From the NCBI GenBank assembly GCA_965203295.1, contig CBDBCZ010000013.1, positions 847,339 through 871,338 of the forward strand: a stretch of DNA of 24,000 nucleotides, given 5' to 3'. Made by a program: the position numbers and the translations under genes. Shown one piece after another: positions 1 through 9,137 of this stretch. Below the pieces are notes generated by a model. That model saw only the letters and a list, made by a program, of their open reading frames with translations. It was not told the origin of the DNA and did not search any database. Every line of letters starts with the position of its first letter. Position 1 is the first letter of the stretch. This DNA is from Nitrospirales bacterium (GTDB lineage Bacteria; Nitrospirota; Nitrospiria; Nitrospirales; UBA8639).

Positions 1-560
1 ATTACCTGCCACTTTGACATTATCTACCTCTGCTTGCTCAGCGTATGCAGATTCAGCATTCCCTGCTGGACCACTCCCAGCCTCACTTGCCGGGTCAACC
101 TTGGTATTACCTGCTGGACCGGCCCCTGTGACCGCCACGTTACCTGCTAAACCAACCCCAATGGGGACTAGCACTGCGGATTCAGCATCGCCTCCTGGCC
201 CCTCTCCGGACTCAGCATTACCTGCTGGGTCGACCCCCATGGACGCAGCACAACCTGCCTCAGCATTACCTGCTGGACCCACCCCTGAGGGTTCCGCATT
301 ACCTGCTGGACCCACCCCCGAGGGTTCAGCATTACCTGCTGGACCCCCCCCCCTGCGGCTTCAGCATTACCTGCTGGACCCACCCCTGAGGATTCAGCGT
401 TACCTGCTGGACCCGCCTTTGGACTCGGCCTTGTCTGCTGGATCACCCCTGAAGATGCGGCATTACCTGCCTGACCCGCCCGTGGGCTCAGCTGGCCAGC
501 CCCCGTGGCTACTCCACAATACCTGTCACCTATGAACTCGACATTACCTGCTGGGCCAGC
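1..560. repeat. 33-bp tandem minisatellite, with well-conserved units at about 265-431, degenerate units on both sides and a relic at about 759-780
   Basis: The core ATTACCTGCTGGACC recurs at 265, 298, 331, 366 and 399 (period 33, once 35). Diverged copies lie near 1, 106, 139, 217, 462 and 543. Both strands stay open (track ORFs 14..535+ and 168..446-), as expected for an 11-codon low-complexity repeat rather than a real gene. Confidence 0.8.
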
Positions 561-1267
561 CCTATATGGAGTGGCCGCGCGCGATGCCCCAGCCCTTTCC
601 TCACACTAACGCTAATCGCCTTCCGCCTGGAGGAACCAGCAGCACGTGACTGGTGGAGCCACGGTGCACGTGCCTAGGCGCCTTATTTAGACGATTGCGT
701 CATCACATCCACTCTATACCCGAGTACTCTGCTGAGCCATCCCTTGTGGGCTCAGCGTTACCTACCTGGGCCAACCCCTGTACACTCCCCACTACCGCAC
801 CTACACTGACCTTCCTTCACGAGTTCACTCGAGGGCCTCGGTTGCTGGTTCGCCAGCTGCTCGTGCACTTTCTGCAGGACTCGCTCTAGCAGGCGGGCTT
901 CCAGCCTCTCCTCCATCTCCGCTACTTGCTCGTCGCCGCTCATTTCCACCAAAACTTGTCAAAAGTAGAGCGCTTGAGCAACAGTGCGATCAAAGCTTGG
1001 CAAAAGTAAACTTCTTGACATACAGTACGTGCAGCTGTGCTCTGAGTGTCACGAGGCAACCTAGCCCGCCTTGCTCAGTGCGCATGCGCCTAGCCCATGC
1101 ATGCCCCACCCCCAATTTACTAGGAACTGCACATTCCTGTTAACTTAGTTTAACCTCCGTTTAAACTGCATCAGACAGGTTTTATCAAAACAATCACCTA
1201 TTATTCTCGCTTTTATGCATGCACCTATTATTCCTAAAGAAATTCTGGAATAATGTGCGTGTCCCTA

Positions 1268-1661
1268 CTGAAAGGTGGAACTGCAAAGCCATCCCGGCAC
1301 TCTCCACAGAGCAAACCTTCTCTATTAAATGGACCACACACTCGATCATTGAGACTTGATGATTCAGTAGAAAGTGGATAGTACAATTTATATGAGCCGT
1401 CTCTATAGGCTTGTTCACAATACCCAGCTCTCAGCTCTCCAGTTTTATTGTCATACGTCATGTAGTACACGATCAGTATTGAGGCGTTCAGTGAGTCTTC
1501 ATCGCAAGTGATTATTTTACCAGGCCAGTCTGCACAAACACAGCTGTTTCCTTATCACTTGTGAGACAAGGAGGACAATAAAGGGTGGCTGTGACTGACA
1601 ACACAGCAATAGCTACTGTTACAATAACTATGAGTATTCTCTTACTATACACTGTAGCCAT
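1268..1661 (-). pseudogene. Truncated 5' fragment (signal-peptide region plus Cys-rich ectodomain start) of a paralog of the multi-TM gene at 22177-23994
   Basis: Positions 1268-1667 align base-for-base with 23591-24000, with about 15 substitutions and two indels of 2 and 8 nt. The encoded ...YYPLSTESSSLNDRVCGPFNREGLLCGECRDGFAVPPFS matches the full copy. Homology stops abruptly at 1268 and the frame ends 10 codons later. The ATG of the signal-peptide-like ORF is at 1661..1659. Confidence 0.75.
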
Positions 1662-2159
1662 GTACCGATAGTATAGCTATCAGCTACAGTGCACACAACT
1701 GCAAAATACTGTATAAGATTACAGCCAGTGCAAGAATTCAGAATTGTACTATAATTGTAGGTAATGATTAATTTAGCATAGCTAGCTATACTTTTACTGA
1801 TATAAGTAACACTTGCATCGTGTAACTGTATGATTGACCCCAATCAATAATTTCTTTTATGAAACATCTGCTTGACATAGTGTATTTTTGTTCTAAATGT
1901 AGTCATTGCTTCTATGCTATCTATTCAAAAATCTTAGCACTAAATATTTTTATAGATTATGTATTGGGAAAGGTGCCCACATGCAAGAAATCATGGGATA
2001 GAATGAAAGATTATTGTGTTTCTGCAGGCTTAGCTTAGCTTAGCTGTCCCAGCTGGGACGAGGCTAATCATTATCTAAAGCTAAAGCTCTGAGTTACGGT
2101 GCCACAATTAACCTTTGACCTTCACTTAATTGCTCGCGGCCCGCCCACTTTTGCCTGTG

Positions 2160-2165
2160 TATAAA
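2160..2165 (+). promoter_or_regulatory. TATA-like box (TATAAA) about 40 nt upstream of the NAT-like ATG, with a GC box (GGCCCGCCCAC) about 15 nt further upstream
   Basis: Motif match and position only. Confidence 0.3.
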
Positions 2166-2204
2166 CCGAAGTCCGTGAGTCCACAGTAGCTATCTCGATT
2201 ATCT

Positions 2205-3089
2205 ATGCATCTTAGCAAAGAGGAGGCTGTTTACTTTGTTACTGAAGTCCTTCGGATCAGTTCCCCACTGAGAAAGCTAGGAGAAGATCGCATGCTGTTC
2301 CTGAATGAACTCATCAAAGCCTTCCACTGTGCAGTCCCCTTCCAGAACATCACCCTTCTCTGTCAGTCAGAGGCAGACAGACATGTTCCTACTTGGGAGG
2401 AAAGTAAGGCAGCTGTAATGAGTGGCCGTGGAGGGCTCTGCTACACAGTAGGTGTCTTTATGATGTGCCTACTGGAGGCCTTAGGGTACGAGACATATTT
2501 GCCTGCCAGTGGCATTTTCTTTCCCAACAACCATATTACTACCATTGTGCAACACCTGACCTACCCTGGAAGTAAACACCTCGTAGATACGCTAAGTGGT
2601 TATCCAACTTTTGAGGCAATTCCTCTTGATTTTGAGAAGGAATCCTCCATTTACAATCACTCCTTCTTAGAGTACAAGTTTGTCAGAGAGGGTAACACCA
2701 TTCTTCGATTCCATCGGAAAGGTGAAAACCGCCCCACCATTCCTGGTCGTGAGTATGTCTTAGATGGGTGGAGAAGAGTTTGCGAGATAGACTTGGTGCC
2801 TAGAGAACTTTCCTACTTTGACCAGCCAATGACTGACGTGTACACAAAACCTGGAGTGAATTCTCCTTTCCTTGTGAGCTTCCGTGCAGTTGTGTACAGA
2901 GAACTGAGGCTGGTAGCCATCAAGGACACCACCCTGATGCTTGAAAATGAAAACCATGAAGTGGAGGTTACAAAACTGTCGAGCCATGATGAAATGATTA
3001 GGACCACATTGAAATACTTCCCACAGTTCACTGTTGAAGAAGCGACAAAGGCTATGCATAGTCTACACTTGCTTGAACCTCACTCCTGA
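2205..3089 (+). CDS. Arylamine N-acetyltransferase (NAT) family protein, 294 aa, single exon
   Basis: The ORF has a true ATG start. NAT hallmarks are present: the N-terminal VPFQNITL (compare PFENL), the catalytic-Cys motif GRGGLCYTVG (Cys79), His110 in NNHITTIV, and Asp128 in HLVDTLSGYP. Their spacing resembles the Cys68/His107/Asp122 of human NAT1/2. Confidence 0.85.
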   Translation: MHLSKEEAVYFVTEVLRISSPLRKLGEDRMLFLNELIKAFHCAVPFQNITLLCQSEADRHVPTWEESKAAVMSGRGGLCYTVGVFMMCLLEALGYETYLPASGIFFPNNHITTIVQHLTYPGSKHLVDTLSGYPTFEAIPLDFEKESSIYNHSFLEYKFVREGNTILRFHRKGENRPTIPGREYVLDGWRRVCEIDLVPRELSYFDQPMTDVYTKPGVNSPFLVSFRAVVYRELRLVAIKDTTLMLENENHEVEVTKLSSHDEMIRTTLKYFPQFTVEEATKAMHSLHLLEPHS

Positions 3090-3816
3090 ATGTGCCGTTT
3101 AGTACACTTGACGAGTATACGGACTCCATACTTGTATTAGCACGCTGAAATTGTATTCTTAGTGCATCATTGGTGTTTGGACTGTTGTAAAGGGAAGTGC
3201 TAATTATTGCAAAGTGAGCTTTAACCATACCATATCTTTATTCCCACAATGAGGGTGGAATTATGTTGGGTTACCTCAGTTGCGTTTGCAGTCTATGCCA
3301 TGATCTATATAGCACCCACTGCCACTTAGAGTGTTAAAGTTAAAGATACATATAGCTATACAATAATATTATCCTCGATTGTGCAATGAATATTTCAGAA
3401 GTGCAATCCAATGATAATGACATGAATAGTGTTGAGTCCCACTCCTTTTGTTTCTATAGCACATGCATAGTAATTTGTCATGAATATTTCACACTGGTCT
3501 CTGCCCAGACACCAATGCCAACAACAAATGAATTTTTTGACTGACTGCCACGGATTTTTAGCTGCAGTATTACAGAGGAAGCTGCTTGTAGAACTAATAT
3601 ACAACTGAAGCTACTCATTTTTTTGATTTTATGTTAGCTACATTATTACTAGTACTGATAGTGCTATATAGTCACTATAGGTTAAGCATGGTAATAGGAA
3701 CGTTCTCACTGACACATAACAAATCAAAGCTCCAGAAATTTAATGAAACCATATCACATTGAAAAGCCTTTAGTGTGCGGTGCCACACCTATCACAAATT
3801 AACTAATATGTGTATA

Positions 3817-4030
3817 CAGTGGAACCTCCCATAACGGACCCTCCCACCAGCGGACAACCTCTCTATAAAGGACACCGGCCGTGGCACCGATTGAAATTAC
3901 TATAGTGCTAATGTATAAGAAACCTCCCACGAGCGGACGCTTCTTGATTCCGGACAGCGGACAAACTGCATGCTCCCGACTGCAGAAGTCCGTTGAAAAT
4001 TACCTCTTATAACGGACAAATTGGAAGCCA
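3817..4030 (+). repeat. Interspersed repeat built of sub-repeats (CCTCCC..A[AC]GGACA), possibly SINE- or MITE-like
   Basis: The head CAGTGGAACCTCC (3817-3829) recurs inverted at 4639-4651. The segment 3845-3883 recurs directly at 4571-4608. At least four internal ..CCTC..ATAA[AC]GGAC.. sub-units are present. Confidence 0.4.
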
Positions 4031-4570
4031 CACCCATCGTTCGTGCAGAAACACGTATAAAGACCGGAAGTTACTCTCGTACTTGTAGTCTAGACTGCAG
4101 AATCACTCAATTTATCCCGCCTGAAAACTGACTCACAGCGATAGTCGAGATACTGAGCGCGTAGGTTCTCAGCAGCTCTTGCTGTATAACATACCAATCC
4201 AGACGCCCACGCAAGTTGGGCAAAAACGGGCATAAACGGAATATGACACAGATATACAGCTGGAGCACGTGATCTGTGACGACACGTGAAAACTATTTCG
4301 AGTCCATATCCATAAGCTGTTTGCAAGTTGTAGAGATGCTTCCACAGTTCAATTCACTCTGGACAGCTATTTTGAACATTACTGACATTGTGGCACTTGT
4401 ATTTGTTATACCACTCAATGTTAATATCGTCCGATAACTCTTTCAACAGCATATTTTGTACAGTCATGTATGCCTGGTAGATACTTACAGTAGATGACAT
4501 GGTTTATGCTTGAATACATGTCTGGTAGGCATTTGAGTGCTTAATGTGGCTAGAAATAGCAAATTGAGTC

Positions 4571-4651
4571 GAACCTCCCACCAGAGGACAACCTCCGAAT
4601 AAAGGACAAAAGCCTTGCTCCCAAAGTGTCCTTTATTCGGAGGTTCCACTG
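4571..4651. repeat. Foldback copy of the same repeat family, with a perfect 19-bp stem (4590-4608 / 4627-4645) and an 18-nt loop
   Basis: AACCTCCGAATAAAGGACA at 4590-4608 is exactly complementary to TGTCCTTTATTCGGAGGTT at 4627-4645. Confidence 0.7.
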
Positions 4652-5467
4652 TACCTCCCAATAGTATCCACAATAGAGGTGTACCTGCCAGTTTATTTGA
4701 ATGAAAATCATCATCATTATGCTAGCCTGGCAAAAGGAACACATAAAAATTGGCTGGGTATACCAAGTTCTAAAAAGCAAAATTTATTTAGGACGTTGTC
4801 ATGGAACTTTGCATATACCTGTTGTTCATTGCCTGGCACATGCACTTACAGTCAGCTATAGTCATACTATACTACTTCTACTATCACCCAAGGCTAAATT
4901 CAATACATACAGTACTAAAACTGTATGCCATACGCATATACGTACTTCTTTGAGACACGCAAGTTAAGTGTCAGGCATCCTGTTCGCCGGCTAGAATGAG
5001 TTGTTGTTTTTTTCCTCACGGTTATGGTAAAAAGAAATATTACTCTTTTACTACCATGGCAATCGTTTATATTAATAATGTGATCCTGTAACACCTCAAC
5101 TTTCCTGGCACTTTGCAGTGCACTAAAGTCCAACTTAGGATGATCATCCTTTTTATCTCTGGTAGGCCTCACAATAATATAGGTATTCAAAAGCATTAGA
5201 GAAATATAAATTATGTTGGAATAATAGCCATAAATATTTAGGCCTCTGAGATTAAATAGGCTATATAATAATTTGTTGCTTATAGTTACTAACTTATACA
5301 TGGGCTGTAGTATGTAAATTAATTCTAGTTCAGCCAACCTCTACAACTGCTCGAGTGAGTGTTCTCTGTCTTGCAAAACTCATTTACCAATCAGCACTAT
5401 TTGTCTCTAGAAGATTAAATTATTATAATTATTGGTTATGTTACAATACAATTGATGTTGAGAACGT

Positions 5468-5473
5468 TTTATT
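5468..5473 (-). terminator. Candidate poly(A) signal AATAAA for the NLR gene, about 100 nt downstream of its stop codon
   Basis: TTTATT on the plus strand equals AATAAA on the minus strand. Motif and position only. Confidence 0.3.
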
Positions 5474-5570
5474 GTGTATTGTGAAATTGAATAATACAAG
5501 TTTAAAATCGTAAAAGGTATAAGTCCAATAATATGTGAAAATAAAAGCATATTTAGCATACATTCGTAAT

Positions 5571-8134
5571 TTAGGCAACTACAACCTGCAGCTGCTTATT
5601 AACACGTGCAGCACAATCTTGAAGCTCTAGAGCCTCAGCACTGACTAGAGAATCATCGCTAATGACTATCAGCTCTTTTAGTGTTTCGTTTATACTGAGC
5701 ATCTTGGCAAATGCTTTTACACCATCAGACTCGATTCCAAGTGAGGGATGCTTAATTTTTAGGACATTCAGTTCAGTATTCTGATGCAGTGCTCGAGCAA
5801 TAGCTTCTGACACTCTGTGGCCCACAGCGCACCAAAGAAGTTCAAGAGCTTTTAGGTTTCTATTTGTCTCTAGGAGTCCGAGAACATCATCAGAGCAGCT
5901 GGTCAAAACGGTGTCACGAATTTCCAAACGCTCAAGTGAGGATGGTTCCAGCACTGCTCTCATCAGTGCCTGTGTACAGTCTGTGTTCATTTCATCGTCA
6001 CCAACTACGAGAACTCTGAGAGTGCTTGTTGGTCGTATTAGGCTGGATAAGGCTGCAATATCAGTACTGCCAATTGGGCTACTAGCTATACAAAGTAGTC
6101 GCAAAGTACTGAGTTTGGATAAGGATTGCATGAGTTTTACAGCACCACCTTTTCCAATAGGATTAACACATATATCTAGCTCTGTCAAACTGCACATACT
6201 TGGAATTAGACAGGCCAGTTGGTCACAAGCAGCTTGATCGAGACCACAGTTATATAGTTTCAGTATGGATAATCCCCGAAGAGTGTTGCAAGGTAATTTT
6301 GCCAAGATTTCAATACCTTCCTGACTGATTTGTTGCTTTCCTATCTTTAGTGCTTTGATGTGGCCTTGCACATGACCTGCTCCCTGACTTGCATGAAGAC
6401 CACTCACAAGCATATCAAGTGAATCACAACCAACACCTGCAGTTATGAGGTCTATTATCCAAGTACAGTTGCTGTTGGAAATGCAGTAGCTCAAAGCAAC
6501 ACAGTCAAATGGAGAAGCTGTCTCAGGAAGAAAACCAATCATTTCGTTGCTGATGCAGACGTTGCTGCAGACGTCAAAATCTTGAGATTCGTATAAGCAC
6601 TGAACTGCTTGTGGCTTGAGACAGTATTCTGCTTGCAGCCAAGTTGGTGACTCTTCCACATTTTTTTCTTTGAGTAATTTGCAGCCAATGCTACTGTACT
6701 TTGTAAGCCCACCTACAAATCTCCAGACCACTTGAAAGTGTGGATCTCCACAGTACTTTTCAAATAGATGCTTTTGTTCGATTGGAGAGAGGCATGAAAT
6801 GTGAAACGCTGCAAGAAACTCTTGCACTGTAAGGTGCAAAAAACTGAACGATATTTCTGGACCCTCTTGAACATGTAGACATGAAGCTTTTGTCATGAAT
6901 CCCAAGTGGTCAAAAGATTGAGGAAGGCTGTTCCATGACAGCTGTTGGATGCAAATTCCCATGAACGCGATTTTACAAACTTCACGGAATTGTCGGAATA
7001 CGTCTTCGGGAAGGTCGTGGAACTGAGCTGGCATGCAGTAGGTCTCTGGGACAAAACCCCCTTCAACAATGTGCCTTCTAAGTAAAGCATGGCTGAGAGC
7101 ATCATACAGTTGAGTCATAGTTTTTGGGAGAGGCGTTCTTTCACCTTGATACTGTTGATATATTTCCACTACAATGGCACTGTTGAGTGGTATATACATC
7201 ATACTATACACAAGTGGATTACTGGAGATATATTTCATGAACTCTATCAACTGCACTGGGTCTTTGAAAATGCTCTGAGCATATTCTTTAATGTTTTGTT
7301 CTGTAAAACCTAGAATTTCAACATGTTTATTGATTTGAGGTTTACATCTTAAGAGAAGTTCTGCCGTCACAGAAGGACGGCTAGTTATGAGAATGGTGGC
7401 ACGAGGAAGATAACGACCATTAATCATATCCACAAATAGTGAGCCCATTTCTCTCTGTTTAGCTGGTAATTCATCAAATCCATCAAATATGAACAATACA
7501 CCTTCTCCATTTGATTCCTCAATATCACTTGAGACTGCCTCTTTGAGAGAGGCATTGCGATGGAAGAGCAAGTCAGAAAGACTACTTGCTTGCTGGCTTT
7601 TCTTTTCACGAAGCTGAACCAATATTACAAGAGAATATTTCCTCAGCATAGGAAGTGAGTCCCAGTTTCTACAAAGCTCCCATGCAAATGTAGTCTTACC
7701 CACCCCAGGAGCACCCTCAATTAATATACAATTAGATTCACTTTCAGTGTCAGAAGTAAACAGTTGAGTGATTGAAATTGATTTCTTAGATTTCAATATT
7801 CGGTCGACATTGCCGTGCAGCCTTGCTGTAGTAAGTTCATAGGCCTGTGAGAGTGATGTTTCATCTCTATTGATAAGAGCAAGGTTAATATACTTTTTGC
7901 TTGGTGTAGGTGGCCATTTCTGGTAGAGTGGAAGTGGTCTTGATTTATATAGTGATTTCAAATAAGCAGCATATTTGGCAATGTTTAGTGTAGCAAACTG
8001 TTGGCTATTTACGATGGCTTCCTGTGCTGAAGAGCTAGAGTCTGCTGAAAATGAAAGAGCACAATCCATTAACTCAGCAGTTACAGAGATTCGCTTGCGT
8101 TTTGTTTTGTCAGGACAGCTGCAGCAATTTTTCC
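5571..8134 (-). CDS. NLR (NACHT-LRR) protein, exon 2: linker, NACHT NTPase, winged-helix/helical region and C-terminal RI-type leucine-rich repeats
   Basis: NACHT motifs are Walker A GAPGVGKTTFAWELC, Walker B VLFIFDGFDELP, sensor-like ATILITSRP, and FLHLTVQEFLAAF. The C-terminal roughly 270 aa carry 28-29-aa LRRs (L..L.L..C.L). The frame is open up to the TAG formed by the acceptor TTATAG at 8140-8135. The stop codon TAA is at 5571-5573. Confidence 0.9.
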
Positions 8135-8271
8135 CTATAAGTTATAAATACAGAAAATTAATACACACGTGATTGTAAACACATACATTTACACGTGCAT
8201 CACAGAATCTGTTAGAAAACACATTCATTGCAGTGGTAATTAGTATATAACAGTAGTTATATTCAACTTAC
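8135..8271 (-). other. Phase-1 GT-AG intron (137 nt) joining the death-fold exon to the NACHT-LRR exon
   Basis: The donor is ACA|GTAAGT (GT at 8271-8270) and the acceptor is TTATAG| (AG at 8136-8135). Exon 1 ends with one codon base (A) and exon 2 supplies GG, giving AGG and a continuous frame. The alternative acceptor TTTTCTAACAG near 8210 runs into a stop codon. Confidence 0.75.
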
Positions 8272-8584
8272 TGTAAGTGGCCTCGATTCTGTTTGCTAAC
8301 CAATGTAATGATTTCTCCTTCTTTAAAATGGTCATAAACAATGGGAAACATTCTGGATTAGTACCAAGATTTCCTTTGAAGTGACAGAGTAGTTTTCTTG
8401 CTTTCTGAACACGAGAAACTCCACTTACTGTAATGACCTCGTCTAAAGCTTCATATGATATTAGATTCTCTGAAAATAGTTCAGCTGCAAGCCACTCTGG
8501 GTCTTTAATGACTTGAGCGAGTTCACTGAAGTGCTTACGGTAAGCCTGCACTCCTGCTGGATGATGCAGTTTCTCTGAACTCAT
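8272..8584 (-). CDS. NLR exon 1: N-terminal death-fold domain (CARD-like), 104 codons plus 1 nt
   Basis: The true ATG at 8584 has a purine at -3 and an in-frame TAA 33 nt upstream. The CARD-like helix pattern is ...LISYEALDEVITVSGVSRVQKARKLLCHFKG..PECFPLFMTILKKEK..HWLANRIE, compare the T..dKaRkLLd...kG..af..F..aL......La..L pattern. Confidence 0.75.
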
Positions 8585-8687
8585 TCCTGCATAACGAATA
8601 ATTATGGAGTGATATTAGCTCAGCTATACCTATGCGCATTAACCCTAGCTCCGCTGCGCAGCGAGTGGCTAGCCGCATAAAAAATAT

Positions 8688-9137
8688 TTGATTGTATCAC
8701 CTCAAGACTCGACATTGCAGCAAATGGCTTCTGCATGGGGAGGTCGTTTCGAGAAGACGTATATGGATGTCAGGGTGTTCAACCCACATGCTCCCACCAA
8801 CAGGGGCACCAGCATCTCCAACTGCTTTAGAAAGCATGAAGTAGAGAAGAAGTGTGCTTACGAGCAACGAATTTGAGAGATAGAACACCCTACTTTCACT
8901 CCCTTGGTGTTCTCTGCTACTGGGGTGAGGCATGGCCAAGCATACCATGACCTTCTACCAACAGCTAGCCTCCCTTCTAGCAGACAAGTGGGGATACCCG
9001 TACAGCTCTACTCTCTGCATGCTGGCTTCGATCCCGAATCGCCTTCTCTCTTCTGCGGTCGGCAATTCAGTGCATCAGAGGTGCCCGCTCTTCCCGTGGA
9101 CACGCCGCCAAATCGACTCCCCCCCCCACCTATTTAA
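8688..9137 (+). pseudogene. Decayed ORF of a metazoan mobile-element family, with at least two frameshifts
   Basis: Conserved peptide blocks are spread over three frames: ..YMDVRVFNPHAPTN...FRKHEVEKKCAYEQRI, then EHPTFTPLVFSATG, then MAKHTMTFYQQLASLLADKWGYPYSSTL, then CWLRSRIAFSLLRSAIQCIRGARSSRG. From memory, this block order recurs in repeated ORFs of many invertebrate genomes. The family name is not known to me. Confidence 0.6.

Noticed and set aside
14-535. Track ORFs 14..535(+) and 168..446(-) as protein-coding genes (P/A/G-rich proteins)
   Set aside because: Both lie on opposite strands of the same 33-bp tandem array. The starts are non-ATG (TTG). Openness in several frames follows from the repeat periodicity. 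There is no independent evidence for coding.
2046-2059. The 14-bp perfect palindrome GTCCCAGCTGGGAC next to (GCTTA)3, about 150 bp upstream of the NAT-like gene, as a transcription-factor site
   Set aside because: It is a single occurrence with no known consensus that I can name with confidence. I note it only.
4915-5337. The 140-codon minus-strand ORF downstream of the NLR
   Set aside because: It is AT-rich and low-complexity (many I/Y/N/L), with no motifs. It lies in the probable 3' flank of the NLR and is most likely a chance ORF.
5911-8172. Plus-strand and off-frame ORFs inside the NLR gene (5911..6237, 6893..7105, 7089..7313, 7424..7609, 7975..8172)
   Set aside because: These are shadow ORFs that overlap a long motif-rich minus-strand CDS, and they have no recognisable motifs.
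8638-8650. piggyBac-like end (TTAACCCTAG at 8640-8649, identical to the first bases of the piggyBac TIR plus its TTAA target). GGGTTAACCC at 20943-20952 and the near-palindrome at 9815-9834 were also considered.
   Set aside because: The match is only about 10 nt. No inverted ..CTAGGGTTAA partner lies at a sensible distance, and no transposase ORF is present. The same TTAACCC string appears to be part of the 9128-9297 / 20941-21100 repeat terminus.
8617-8670. A tRNA-like box A string (TAGCTCAGC) and the 12-bp perfect palindrome CGCTGCGCAGCG (8654-8665) as an RNA gene or regulatory element upstream of the NLR
   Set aside because: No cloverleaf or box B lies at the proper spacing. The palindrome is short and isolated. 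It is possibly part of the adjacent element terminus.
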